From: Dehalococcoidia bacterium
GTDB lineage: Bacteria; Chloroflexota; Dehalococcoidia; SHYD01
Length of the DNA: 64,000 nucleotides
Assembly: GCA_965261835.1 (NCBI GenBank)
Contig: OZ253478.1
Location: forward strand, 2,206,914-2,270,913
Reading direction: 5' to 3'
The notes under the pieces: generated by a model
Told to the model about the DNA's origin: nothing
The model's database searches: none
What the model saw: only the letters and a program-made list of their open reading frames with translations
Shown here: piece by piece, positions 48,196-57,426 of the stretch
Numbering within the stretch: position 1 is the first letter of the stretch
Layout: every line of letters begins with the position of its first letter
Program-made: the position numbers and the translations under genes

Positions 48196-49587
48196 TTACT
48201 TAAGAACACCACCGGGCATGTCAACAGCGCGGTCACTGCCGGTGAGATCCAGCGCCATTGCGCTTTTGCCTAGTGCGCTCAGCGCATCCCCCACTACAAA
48301 TAGCGACCCGGTAACGCACACCATGTCCTTGGGCCCAGCGCTTGCGCATGCGAGCGTCAGCGCCTCGGCCACACTATCCACTGCCTCGTTTGCCTCGTTC
48401 GCAACGCCCAGCGCTCGAAATGCCGCGGCAATCGTCTCGGGAGCAGCCGCCCGAGCATGCTCCGACCTAGTGGCGAATACCCGGTCGGCTACGGGCGCGA
48501 GCGCTGCCGCAATCGCTGACACGTCTTTGTCCGCAGACGTACCGATGACAAGAGTGCATCGCTCATGGGGCAGCTCCTCCCTTATAGCCTCCGCCAGCCG
48601 TAGGGCCGATGCGCCGTTATGGGCGCCGTCCAGCACTAGCAAAGGATTGCGTTCAAGCACCTGCAACCGGCCCGGCCAACGCACTCTAGCTAGTCCTCCT
48701 CGCAGGTGGTCAGTGGTCAACGGCACCCGCTGCTCCCGCAATGTCCGCACCGTAGCCACCACGACCGCGGCATTCTCCGCCTGGAATCTGCCGAGCAGCG
48801 GCACCTCCAGTTGCACACCCACGCTATTCTGCACTACCACCACTTGCTGGCCGTCCAGCGAGCGCTCCGATTGCGTCCAACGCAGACGGCCAACGTCCAC
48901 TATGGGACATCCTAACTCGTACGCACGACGGCCAATCACCGCACGGGCTTCGGGAGCCTGCGGCGCCATCACTACAGGCACGCCGGGCTTGATGATACCC
49001 GCCTTCTCGGCGGCAATTGCGCCGAGGGTTCCTCCCAGCACCTCCGTATGGTCGTAGCTAATGGGAGTGATGACGCATACCTCGGGCTTTGGAATTACGT
49101 TGGTAGCGTCGAGCCGGCCACCCAACCCCACCTCCAGCACCTGGGCGGTCGCATCGGTCTGCTGGAAGTGCATGAACGCCAGCACCGTGGACAGTTCGAA
49201 AGTAGTGAGCTTACCGAACTCCGGATTGCCGTGATACGCCTGGACTTCCACAGCGAGCCGCTCGACCGCGTCCGCCAGTGCAGCCTCCGAGATGGCACGT
49301 CCCTGCGCGCGAATCCGTTCCCGGAAGGAGCAGAGGTGCGGCGACGTGAGCAGGCCGGTCCGAAACCCAGCCTCCTCTAGCACTGCAGCCATCATTGCGG
49401 CCACGCTGCCCTTTCCTTTGGTCCCGGCAATGTGGACGGTCAACCGTCCCAGATGGGGGTCGCCCAACCGGTGGAGCAAGCGCTCCACGCGGCGGAGGTC
49501 AAAGCGCTCCGCTTGATACGCACTGCTGGGTTGCTGCTCGAAGTCTGCGAAGGAGTAGAGGTACGCGAGTGCTGCTTGGTAGGTCAT
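48196..49587 (-). CDS. folC: Bifunctional folylpolyglutamate synthase / dihydrofolate synthase
   Basis: Mur-ligase P-loop HIAGTKGKGS, EVGLGGRLDATN, and DGAHNGASA in the C-terminal domain. Confidence 0.9.
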   Translation of the reverse strand: MTYQAALAYLYSFADFEQQPSSAYQAERFDLRRVERLLHRLGDPHLGRLTVHIAGTKGKGSVAAMMAAVLEEAGFRTGLLTSPHLCSFRERIRAQGRAISEAALADAVERLAVEVQAYHGNPEFGKLTTFELSTVLAFMHFQQTDATAQVLEVGLGGRLDATNVIPKPEVCVITPISYDHTEVLGGTLGAIAAEKAGIIKPGVPVVMAPQAPEARAVIGRRAYELGCPIVDVGRLRWTQSERSLDGQQVVVVQNSVGVQLEVPLLGRFQAENAAVVVATVRTLREQRVPLTTDHLRGGLARVRWPGRLQVLERNPLLVLDGAHNGASALRLAEAIREELPHERCTLVIGTSADKDVSAIAAALAPVADRVFATRSEHARAAAPETIAAAFRALGVANEANEAVDSVAEALTLACASAGPKDMVCVTGSLFVVGDALSALGKSAMALDLTGSDRAVDMPGGVLK

Positions 49588-49678
49588 TGGGGTCTCTAAG
49601 GCGATTATAGCATGACGCCATTTATGGAACCGTTACCGGAGCCGGATAAGGTGGCAGTGAGCCCGGGCCGGCGAAAAC

Positions 49679-49708
49679 TTGACCGCTACGCGGGGCCGTC
49701 ATTACAAT
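49679..49708 (+). promoter_or_regulatory. Candidate promoter for the DUF1802 / L25 genes
   Basis: TTGACC (49679..49684), 18-nt spacer, TACAAT (49703..49708). Confidence 0.4.
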
Positions 49709-49747
49709 CAGAGCAGAAACGCTGCAACACGCAGCGGAGGGTCTTGC

Positions 49748-50332
49748 ATGCTCCAGACTTTAGTAAAAGATGCCCTGAAAGAGTGGGCCGTTGCCATCCG
49801 AGCCTTGGACGAGGGGCGGCAGGTGGTCTTGCTGCGGAAAGGCGGCGTCCGTGAGAAGGAATTCAAGCTAGAGCATGACGAGTTCTTGCTTTACCCCACC
49901 TTTGAACATCAGAAGCCCGAGTTGCTAAAGCCGGAGTACCAGGACTACCTCGCAGAGACCTTGGCGCCGTGGGGCGGAGAACCGCCGAAGTCGGCGCCGG
50001 ATACCGTCACATTCACGCACCTGGCTAGGGTGCGGGAAGTACTAGAAATTACGGAACCGGAGCTACTGGAGCGGCTGTCTCCGTATTACATCTGGACTAC
50101 AAACTACGCTGAAGGACGGCTCCATTGGCGTCCCAGGAAGCCACTAGAAGTGCTCTTAGTCCAGGCTTACCGGCTGGACGAACCGGTGACCGTGCCGGTG
50201 GAGCCATACTTCGTTGGCTGCAAGTCCTGGGTGGACTTGCCCAGTGGCGTCCCGCTGGGCGGGCTTACGCCGGTTATCAGTGACCGCGAATTCGCAACAA
50301 AAGCACAGCAGATAAGAGAGGTCTTGCGCTAA
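49748..50332 (+). CDS. Conserved hypothetical protein (DUF1802-like)
   Basis: MLQTLVKDALKEWAVAIRALDEGRQVVLLRKGGVREKEF...LLYPTFEHQK matches my recollection of the DUF1802 family. RBS GGAGGG before ATG 49748. Confidence 0.55.
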   Translation: MLQTLVKDALKEWAVAIRALDEGRQVVLLRKGGVREKEFKLEHDEFLLYPTFEHQKPELLKPEYQDYLAETLAPWGGEPPKSAPDTVTFTHLARVREVLEITEPELLERLSPYYIWTTNYAEGRLHWRPRKPLEVLLVQAYRLDEPVTVPVEPYFVGCKSWVDLPSGVPLGGLTPVISDREFATKAQQIREVLR

Positions 50333-50977
50333 GTGGAATTAAAGGTACAGGCCCGGAGCGTTCTGGGCAAAAAAGTCAAGCAACTGCGCCGGGCCGGCGT
50401 GGTGCCGGCCAACATCTACGGCAAGGGGCTGGACTCTGTGGCCATACAAGTGGACGCCCCGGAGTTGAAGCAGCTGTTGTTGGACACTGGGCGCAACGCC
50501 ATCATTCAGGTATCGGTGGCGGGTAAGGGCACGGGCAAGGCCGCCTCGCACGACGTGATGGTGCGTGACATCGCCCGGGATCCAGTGACCGGTGGCATTT
50601 TGCACGTGGATTTCTTCAAAGTGCAGATGTCCCAACCCATTCAGGTGGAAGTGGCGATCTCCCTGGTGGGGTTGGCCCCCGCCGTGGATTTGGGACTGGG
50701 CACGTTAGTGCATGGCGTCAACGCCCTCCATGTGGAGGGACTGCCCGCCCACCTACCGTCTTTCCTTGAACTTGATGTCTCCGGCATGGCCGAGGCACAC
50801 TCGGTGCTCTATGCCCGAGAGGTGACACTGCCACCCGGCCTGACCCTCGCGTCGGATCCCGAGCAGGTGGTGGCAAGCATTGCCGGCCGTCGCGGCGTGG
50901 AAGCGGCAGCCGCGGAGGGAGAGCCGACCACTGAAGGCGCGGGCCAGACAGGTGCTGAGGACAGCGAAGAGAGCTAG
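50333..50977 (+). CDS. rplY: 50S ribosomal protein L25 / general stress protein Ctc
   Basis: LKVQARSVLGKKVKQLRRAGVVPANIYGKG...HVDF, plus the C-terminal domain and an acidic tail. GTG start directly after the upstream stop. Confidence 0.85.
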   Translation: MELKVQARSVLGKKVKQLRRAGVVPANIYGKGLDSVAIQVDAPELKQLLLDTGRNAIIQVSVAGKGTGKAASHDVMVRDIARDPVTGGILHVDFFKVQMSQPIQVEVAISLVGLAPAVDLGLGTLVHGVNALHVEGLPAHLPSFLELDVSGMAEAHSVLYAREVTLPPGLTLASDPEQVVASIAGRRGVEAAAAEGEPTTEGAGQTGAEDSEES

Positions 50978-51027
50978 ACCGCAGGCGATCAGCGCCACGA
51001 ACTCAGAGAGCCACCCCCGAGACGTAC

Positions 51028-51060
51028 CAAGGCCGCCCATAAAGGGCGGCCTTGCGGTTT
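51028..51060. terminator. Bidirectional intrinsic terminator (L25 / cupin convergent pair)
   Basis: Perfect 11-bp stem CAAGGCCGCCC / GGGCGGCCTTG (51028..51038 and 51044..51054) with a 5-nt loop, followed by CGGTTT. Confidence 0.65.
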
Positions 51061-51076
51061 ACTCGTCCGGAGCGTA

Positions 51077-51526
51077 TTACTCGAAGAACGCTCCTGGAAC
51101 CTCGATGCGCTCAACTTGGTTATTCTCCGGCGCCTCACCTGGGAAGGGCGTGCCGTCCGGATGCACCCGACTAGCCATTCCCATGGGATCGTTGGATGCT
51201 CCCACACGGACCATCACGAGGTTCTCATCACCCGTGCTCTGGAACCAGTACAGCGAGCCCATGGGCAGCATTACGCCCTCGTAGCGGTTCACCACCGTTA
51301 CGTTGTCCTCCAGCTCGGTGTGGAAGGTGGCCTGGCCTTGAAGCACAATGAACGCGTGGTCTTCCGTGGGGTGCGTATGGATCGCGTTCTCGCCACCCTC
51401 CGCGTACACCTTGGTCGTGACGGTCAACAGGTCAGTCTTGGCAACGATATCGGTGGTGCGTCCCTGCTCCAATAACGGGGTCCGCATAGAAAAAATCTGG
51501 GCTTTGGGCCGAGTTTGAGTGGTCAC
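51077..51526 (-). CDS. Cupin-domain protein
   Basis: 149 aa. GGENAIHTHPTEDHAFIVLQG...G.ML fits the cupin two-motif pattern G(X)5HXH...G(X)5PXG...H. Confidence 0.65.
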   Translation of the reverse strand: MTTQTRPKAQIFSMRTPLLEQGRTTDIVAKTDLLTVTTKVYAEGGENAIHTHPTEDHAFIVLQGQATFHTELEDNVTVVNRYEGVMLPMGSLYWFQSTGDENLVMVRVGASNDPMGMASRVHPDGTPFPGEAPENNQVERIEVPGAFFE

Positions 51527-51644
51527 GGCTTCCCTCCTCTGCTTATTGCGCTCAGCTTAGATGGCTCGGAACCTCTTGTAAAGTTACGGTTAACCAAAGC
51601 CTACCCAAGTTGCAGGCCGGGGAGGGTTTTGCTAGCATAGGTGT

Positions 51645-52520
51645 ATGGAGATAGGAGCCTTCACCCTCAACGAGCCCCTGCCCGAGCTGCGCCAACCGCA
51701 CGTGCTGGCAATGCTCCGCCCATGGGTGGACGTAGGCACCGTGGGCGCCATGGCGCTCACAGAGATAGAGCACGTGCTGCACGCAGAACCGCTCGGCCAG
51801 CTTCAACGGCCCGGACGCTTCTTCGACTTCACGCGCTATCGTCCCAATTCGTTCCTCGTTGATGGGAAACGGCACGTCGATATCCCCAACACGTTCATAC
51901 GCTACGCCAAAGGGCAGGGTGATCACGATTTCATCTTCTTCCGATTACTGGAGCCGCACGCGAACAGCGAGGACTACGTAGAGAGCCTGGTAGCAATCAT
52001 GCAGCGGCTTGGCGCCATCCGTTACTCCCAGGTGGGCGCCATGTATGACCTCGTACCGCACACGCGGCCCTTGAAGATTAGCGGTTCCTCCAGCAATCCG
52101 GAGCTTCACCAACGCCTGAGCAAGTACGGAGTGCGTAGCAGCACCTACGAAGGGCCGACTACCATCATGACCCAGCTGACCCAGATGGCGACCGCAGGGG
52201 GCGTGGAGACCCTGAGCATGCTGGTCAGGTTGCCCCAGTACGCGCCGCTTGACGAGGATTTTGCGGGCAAACTGCGCATGCTAGAAGTCTTGAATGACGT
52301 CTACGGCTTCACCGTGGACCTCGCCGAGACCCAGTCCAAAGCGGCTGACCAACTGCGTCAGGTCTCCAGTGCGGTGGAAGCGAACCCGCAACTCAAGCGG
52401 GCGCTCCAGCACCTAGAGGAGCGCTACGACGCCCGGACGCCGCAGGGTGCGACGCAAGAGCCGCCACAGCAGACGCAGTTGCCCCCCTCCATCGAACAGT
52501 TCCTCCGAGAACTCGACTAA
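51645..52520 (+). CDS. PAC2-family protein (proteasome-assembly-chaperone-2-like)
   Basis: 291 aa. LRQPHVLAMLRPWVDVGTVGAMAL...FFDFTRYRP...GPTTIMTQL resembles bacterial PAC2 family proteins. The call is tentative. Confidence 0.5.
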   Translation: MEIGAFTLNEPLPELRQPHVLAMLRPWVDVGTVGAMALTEIEHVLHAEPLGQLQRPGRFFDFTRYRPNSFLVDGKRHVDIPNTFIRYAKGQGDHDFIFFRLLEPHANSEDYVESLVAIMQRLGAIRYSQVGAMYDLVPHTRPLKISGSSSNPELHQRLSKYGVRSSTYEGPTTIMTQLTQMATAGGVETLSMLVRLPQYAPLDEDFAGKLRMLEVLNDVYGFTVDLAETQSKAADQLRQVSSAVEANPQLKRALQHLEERYDARTPQGATQEPPQQTQLPPSIEQFLRELD

Positions 52521-52670
52521 AGACCGTGAAAGGGCGCTCCTCGTAAGCGCCCTTCATGCTCCAGGTTAACGTCCGTCCTTTTTCATCCTCCTACAGCAGC
52601 GCGCGTTAGCGATCAGCACATGGTGGTCCCGGTTCAGGCGCCGCGCGCGGCTCGGCAGGCTCAGACCGAC

Positions 52671-53777
52671 TCAAACAAGCGCATTGCCTATCGACGCCTT
52701 TGCTTGGCCTTCGGTCTTGAGCTGTCCGCACGCCGCCTGGATATCAACGCCCTGAGTCTGGCGGATGGTGGCTGTGATGCCGCGGCGCTGTAGCTCGTGG
52801 AGAAAGGCGCGTTGCCGCTCCGGCGCAGGCCGCCGGAACTCGCCACCGTCGGTGGGGTTGGCCGGAATCACGTTAACGTGGCACAGCAGGTCTTTCACTA
52901 GCGCCGCCAGCTCACGGGCCTGCTCCAAGGAATCGTTCACGTCCGCGAGGAGGATGTACTCGAAACTGATACGGCGATTTGTGCGCTCCACGTAGTCGCG
53001 GCAGGCACTCATCAACGCCTGGAGCGGATACTTCCGGTTCACCGGCATGAGGCTGTCCCGCAGCGCGTCATTGGCGGCATGCAACGAGACCGCTAGATTC
53101 GCCTGAAGCGGCTCCCGCGCGAAGCGGCGCACTTCCGGTACCAGCCCCACGGTAGACACCGTGATCCGGCGCGCCGCCAGCCCGAGGCCCCAGGGAGCGT
53201 TCAAGGTTACAACCGCCTTCTGTACCGCTTCATAGTTCGCGAAGGGCTCGCCCATACCCATGAAGACCACATTGGTAACGCGGCCCTTCTCGTCGGCGTG
53301 CCTTGCCGGGACGTTACGGGCTATGCCTGCAGCGGCACGGGTAAAGTGCACCACCTGCTCCACCATCTCCCCGGAGGAGAGGTTACGGCCATATCCCGCC
53401 TGGCCCGTGGCACAAAAGCGGCAACCGTAGGCGCAGCCGGCCTGGCTGGACACGCATATAGTGATGCGCGACTTATCTGATCCCGCCTGCATACGCACCG
53501 CCTCAACCAGCGCGCCGTCCGCGAGCCGGAACAGCCGCTTCACCGTCTTGCCGTCCGCGGAGTCAGCCGTTTCCGTAACCGCTAGCGAAGAAAGCGGTGC
53601 CAGGTCCGGCAAGCGCGCCCGGAGATCATGGGGCAGATCGGACATCTGGTCATAGCCCTCAACGCCGCGATATGCCCACTGCAGGAGCTGCCGCGCCCGG
53701 TAGGCCGGCAGTCCCCACGCCTGGACGCGTTCGGTGAGCTCCTCGAGCGAGTGGTCGAATAGTGTCGGGGAGTTCAT
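52671..53777 (-). CDS. rlmN: 23S rRNA (adenine2503-C2)-methyltransferase / tRNA m2A37 methyltransferase (radical SAM)
   Basis: YRARQLLQWAYR, CVSSQAGCAYGCRFCATG, NVVFMGMGEP, and C-terminal GVDIQAACGQL. Confidence 0.92.
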   Translation of the reverse strand: MNSPTLFDHSLEELTERVQAWGLPAYRARQLLQWAYRGVEGYDQMSDLPHDLRARLPDLAPLSSLAVTETADSADGKTVKRLFRLADGALVEAVRMQAGSDKSRITICVSSQAGCAYGCRFCATGQAGYGRNLSSGEMVEQVVHFTRAAAGIARNVPARHADEKGRVTNVVFMGMGEPFANYEAVQKAVVTLNAPWGLGLAARRITVSTVGLVPEVRRFAREPLQANLAVSLHAANDALRDSLMPVNRKYPLQALMSACRDYVERTNRRISFEYILLADVNDSLEQARELAALVKDLLCHVNVIPANPTDGGEFRRPAPERQRAFLHELQRRGITATIRQTQGVDIQAACGQLKTEGQAKASIGNALV

Positions 53778-53861
53778 AAGCGCAGCTCGGAGCAGTGGTC
53801 GGCTCCCTCCACCGCCACTTCTATCGCCTCTTCCATTGCCGCCATTACGGATAGTTTACGG

Positions 53862-54554
53862 TTAGTCATCCCGCCCCATGCCCACGGCATGAAGCAGGAA
53901 GTACAGCAGTTGCGCCATGGCCTGGAGCATCGCGGCAAGATAGGTGAAGGCCGCCGCCTTCAACACAGCATCCGTTGCTGAAAACTCCTGCACAGACACC
54001 AGCCCGTTGGCCTGGAGCATCGCCCGCGCCCGGTTGCTGGCGTCCAACTCCACCGGGAAGGTCACCATATGGAACAGGACGGCTCCGGCAAAAAACACCA
54101 CCGCGGCCCACACCAGTCCGGAGAGTTGCAAGAAGAAGCCGGCTAGGAACAGCCAAGGCGCCAGGCTGGAACCGATGCTCACGGCGGGCACCAACGCGCT
54201 CCGGAGCTGCATAGGCGCGTACGCTTTGGCATCCTGTAGCGCGTGCCCCACCTCGTGGGCCACGATGCCCAGTGATGCCACCGAGGGCGTGCTATACACC
54301 TCCGGTGAGAGCCGCAACGTCTTGTTAGTGGGATCATAGTGGTCGGAAAGCTGACCCTGGCTTACTTCCACCGTGACGTTCTGTAGTCCGTAGGCGTTAA
54401 GCAACCGCCGGGCCACCTCCGCGCCGTTCAAGCCCTGCATGTTGGCTTCTCGCGCGTAGCGCTCATAGGTGGATTTCAGCCGCCGTTGGGCATAGAGCCC
54501 CAGGAGCATGGGCGGTATCGCGAAGAGCAACCAGAGTGGATCGAAAAACAGCAT
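53862..54554 (-). CDS. Membrane zinc metallopeptidase (YugP-like, Zn_peptidase_2)
   Basis: The N-terminal TM segment, HEVGHALQD (HExxH) and C-terminal TM helices give the typical PF04298 architecture. Confidence 0.8.
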   Translation of the reverse strand: MLFFDPLWLLFAIPPMLLGLYAQRRLKSTYERYAREANMQGLNGAEVARRLLNAYGLQNVTVEVSQGQLSDHYDPTNKTLRLSPEVYSTPSVASLGIVAHEVGHALQDAKAYAPMQLRSALVPAVSIGSSLAPWLFLAGFFLQLSGLVWAAVVFFAGAVLFHMVTFPVELDASNRARAMLQANGLVSVQEFSATDAVLKAAAFTYLAAMLQAMAQLLYFLLHAVGMGRDD

Positions 54555-54636
54555 TGTGTGTCACCTCCTGGGGCCAACATCGAAACGCAGATGCAGATGC
54601 AGATTTATTTGCTCACTAGGCATCTTCACCAATACG

Positions 54637-55578
54637 CTACTCCAATGCGCTCCCAATGAAGTCCCGAGCGCCGCGCAAGAACTCGTCCACCGGCAGCGCG
54701 CGCTTACCCTCCAGCTGAACGGCGTACAGCCGCAACAGCCCATCACCCGTACATACAGCCACGCTCTGGGATGGTTCCGCAAGCTGGATGACCGTGCCTG
54801 GTTCTTTCTGCATCCCTGGCGGCGTCGGCACGGCCACGGCCGCGGTCACCAACAGGCGCTTACCGTTCCAAGCGGTGGCGCTGCCCGGCCAGGGTTGGTA
54901 CGCCCGAACCTGTCGTGCGATGGCCTCCGCCGGTTGCGTCCAATCGATTACGCCATCCTCCTTGCGGACGAGCTTGGTGTAGCTCGACCCTCCCTCGTAT
55001 TGGGGCCGGGGCGTAATCTCACCCGCTACCCAGCGGGGGGCGGTACCGCTCATCAGCGCCGCGCCCTGGTGGGACAGCTTCTCGGTGAGCGAGTGAGTCG
55101 TGTCGTCGGGAGCTATCGGACAGCGCTCACAAGCGAGGACCTGGCCGGTATCCATGCCCGCATCCATCAGCATGATGCTCACCCCGGTCTCGGTGTCTCC
55201 CGCCAACAGCGCCCCCACAATCGGTGCTGGGCCGCGATGGCGCGGGAGGAGGGAAGGATGAATATTTAGTCCGCCATGCTTGGGAATATCAAGCACGGCT
55301 TGGGGAAGTATCAAGCCGTACGCTGCCAGCGCAATGAGGTCCGGAGTCAGCGCCCGCAGCTGTTCCTGAGCTTCCGGATTGCGCAGGCTGCGGGGTTGGA
55401 ACACCGGCAGCCCAAGACGCACCGCGGCTCGCTTGACGGGGCTTGGAGACGGCTCCCGTCCCCGGCCGGCGGGACGGTCCGGCTGCGTATACACCCCCAC
55501 TATCTGGTGGCCATCTGCAGCGAGACGCTCCAAGCCAGGCGCCGCAAACTGCGGGGTGCCCATGAACACTATTCGCAT
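54637..55578 (-). CDS. fmt: Methionyl-tRNA formyltransferase
   Basis: MRIVFMGTPQFA...VGVYTQPDRPAGRG...NIHPSLLPRHRGPAPI, the SLLP formyltransferase motif. Confidence 0.92.
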   Translation of the reverse strand: MRIVFMGTPQFAAPGLERLAADGHQIVGVYTQPDRPAGRGREPSPSPVKRAAVRLGLPVFQPRSLRNPEAQEQLRALTPDLIALAAYGLILPQAVLDIPKHGGLNIHPSLLPRHRGPAPIVGALLAGDTETGVSIMLMDAGMDTGQVLACERCPIAPDDTTHSLTEKLSHQGAALMSGTAPRWVAGEITPRPQYEGGSSYTKLVRKEDGVIDWTQPAEAIARQVRAYQPWPGSATAWNGKRLLVTAAVAVPTPPGMQKEPGTVIQLAEPSQSVAVCTGDGLLRLYAVQLEGKRALPVDEFLRGARDFIGSALE

Positions 55579-55593
55579 CGCGCGCCCCGGCGG

Positions 55594-55746
55594 CTATAAC
55601 GGATTGTCAGTTTTGACCAGGGAGAAGATTTTGAGGATAGCGAAGCTGCTACCAATGGTGATGATGAACGCGTTGACCGGCAGCGCCATGAAGAACACGG
55701 CGGTTGCGCCGCCAAAGACAGGCTTTAGTAAGGATTCAATGTCCAA
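55594..55746 (-). CDS. Possible 50-aa small membrane protein upstream of fmt (below ORF-track size cutoff)
   Basis: RBS GAGGAGGAG then TTG 55746. Translation: LDIESLLKPVFGGATAVFFMALPVNAFIITIGSSFAILKIFSLVKTDNPL, with a stop 15 nt before the fmt ATG. It is hydrophobic, and no homology is recognised. Confidence 0.3.
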   Translation of the reverse strand: MDIESLLKPVFGGATAVFFMALPVNAFIITIGSSFAILKIFSLVKTDNPL

Positions 55747-55886
55747 GCACTCCTCCTCATAGTAGCCCTGGGGGGTTCACAGGGGTTTCACAATTGAAGG
55801 CTACTAGTAGATAGTATACCAACCTATTATTTCCCCCCCGCACCCGCTTGCGGTGGCTTTTCCCCTATGTTACCATGTGCCTCAAT

Positions 55887-55900
55887 AGAACGAGTGTTCT
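55887..55900. promoter_or_regulatory. LexA/SOS box (Cheo-box type, GAAC-N4-GTTC) upstream of recA
   Basis: Perfect palindrome AGAACGAGTGTTCT, 25 nt upstream of the recA ATG. Confidence 0.65.
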
Positions 55901-55924
55901 TTATTAATTATATGAGGAGCCACC

Positions 55925-56980
55925 ATGCAAAGCGTTTACAGAGACAAATCCCAAGCACTCCAAGACGCTATTCTCCGCATCGAAAAGGACTACGGCAAGG
56001 GGTCCATCATGAAACTGGGAGAGGCCAGCGCCGACCGCGGCGTGGCGTCTATCTCCACTGGCTCGCTGGCGCTGGACCTTGCCCTGGGCATTGGCGGTAT
56101 CCCCCGCGGCCGCGTCACCGAGATCTACGGCCCCGAGTCGGCGGGCAAGTCGACCCTCGCTCAGCACATTCTGGCTGAGGCCCAAGCGCAGGGCGGGACG
56201 GCTGCCTACATCGACGTGGAACACGCCCTCGATCCGAGCTATGCCGCTCGCTGCGGCGTGAATGTGGACGAGCTCTACATCTCACAGCCGGACACTGGGG
56301 AACAAGCCCTGGAGATCGCCGAGGCGCTGGTCCGCTCCAGCGCGCTGGACGCGGTCGTTGTGGACAGCGTGGCGGCGCTCGTGCCGAGAGCCGAATTGGA
56401 GGGCGACATGGGCGACCCCCAAATGGGCCTCCAAGCGCGGCTCATGTCCCAGGCGCTTCGGAAGCTCACCGGCGTCATCAGCAAGACCAACACTTCTATG
56501 GTCTTCATCAACCAGCTTCGGGAGAAAGTGGGCGTGGTTTTCGGCAACCCAGAGGTCACGCCCGGCGGACGCGCCCTCAAGTTCTACAGCTCCGTGCGCA
56601 TCGAGATCCGCAAGGCCGAATCGCTGAAACAGGGGACCCAGTTTGTGGGCAACCGCGTCAAAGCCCGCGTTGTAAAGAACAAGGTTGCGCCGCCCTTCCG
56701 CGTCGCCGAGTTCGATATCCTTTTCAACCACGGCATTAGCAAAGAGGGCGACATCATTGATATGGGAGTCGAGCTCGGCATCCTCAAGAAGAGCGGCGCC
56801 TTCTTTAGCTACGGTGAAACGCGGTTGGGCCAGGGCAGGGAAAACGTCCGTGACTACCTGACAGGGCACCAGGACGTCACCAAAGACCTAGAACAGCAGA
56901 TCCGGGACAAAACCGCTGGTATGCCCGCCGCCCGGCCGATGCCCGTAGTTGTCGACGACGATAAGAACGAAGAGGAGTAA
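55925..56980 (+). CDS. recA: Recombinase A
   Basis: [18 protein letters not shown] (Walker A), [20 protein letters not shown]-like [10 protein letters not shown], and [28 protein letters not shown]. Confidence 0.97.
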   Translation: MQSVYRDKSQALQDAILRIEKDYGKGSIMKLGEASADRGVASISTGSLALDLALGIGGIPRGRVTEIYGPESAGKSTLAQHILAEAQAQGGTAAYIDVEHALDPSYAARCGVNVDELYISQPDTGEQALEIAEALVRSSALDAVVVDSVAALVPRAELEGDMGDPQMGLQARLMSQALRKLTGVISKTNTSMVFINQLREKVGVVFGNPEVTPGGRALKFYSSVRIEIRKAESLKQGTQFVGNRVKARVVKNKVAPPFRVAEFDILFNHGISKEGDIIDMGVELGILKKSGAFFSYGETRLGQGRENVRDYLTGHQDVTKDLEQQIRDKTAGMPAARPMPVVVDDDKNEEE

Positions 56981-57004
56981 GGGGCAACTGCTTCCCGCTC
57001 TCTG

Positions 57005-57403
57005 ATGCCAGACGCACTCACGGTCTCCGCCGTCCTGCCCGCAAGTCCACAGCGCATCTACAACGCGTGGTTGAGCGGGGAGGAACACGCGGCGTTTACT
57101 GGCAGCCGGGCGGAAGTGGACCCGTCTATTGGCGGCAGGTTCTCTGCGTGGGACGGGTATATCACCGGTACCACGCAGGAACTGGAGCCGGACCGTCGCA
57201 TTGTCCAGGCGTGGCGGGCTGCCGATTTTCCCGAAGGCAGCCCGGACGCGCGGCTCGAGGTGCTGTTGGAACCGGATGAGCAGGGCACCCACATCACGCT
57301 GGTGCACACCAACCTGCCAGAAGGCCAAGGGCCCAACTATGAAGAGGGGTGGCAGGACTATTACCTTACGCCAATGGTTGGCTACTTCACCATTTTTCAC
57401 TGA
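57005..57403 (+). CDS. SRPBCC / AHSA1-domain protein
   Basis: 132 aa. SPQRIYNAWLSGEEHAAFTGS.A......GG.F.AWDGYI.G...EL.P.RRIVQ.WR is typical of Aha1/BPI-like (Polyketide_cyc2/AHSA1) small proteins. Confidence 0.65.
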   Translation: MPDALTVSAVLPASPQRIYNAWLSGEEHAAFTGSRAEVDPSIGGRFSAWDGYITGTTQELEPDRRIVQAWRAADFPEGSPDARLEVLLEPDEQGTHITLVHTNLPEGQGPNYEEGWQDYYLTPMVGYFTIFH

Positions 57404-57426
57404 CGCTTGAGCGCACCGGTCCACTA

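Noticed and set aside
48014-49057. 347-aa plus-strand ORF opposite folC/fabF; also 15179..16045 opposite ribBA/ribE.
   Set aside because: Same reasoning: Ser/Ala/Arg/Pro-rich antisense translations overlapping well-supported genes.
54587-54604. (GCAGAT)x3 microsatellite between the Zn-peptidase gene and fmt.
   Set aside because: It is very short, intergenic, and has no associated structure or conservation argument. It is probably trivial.
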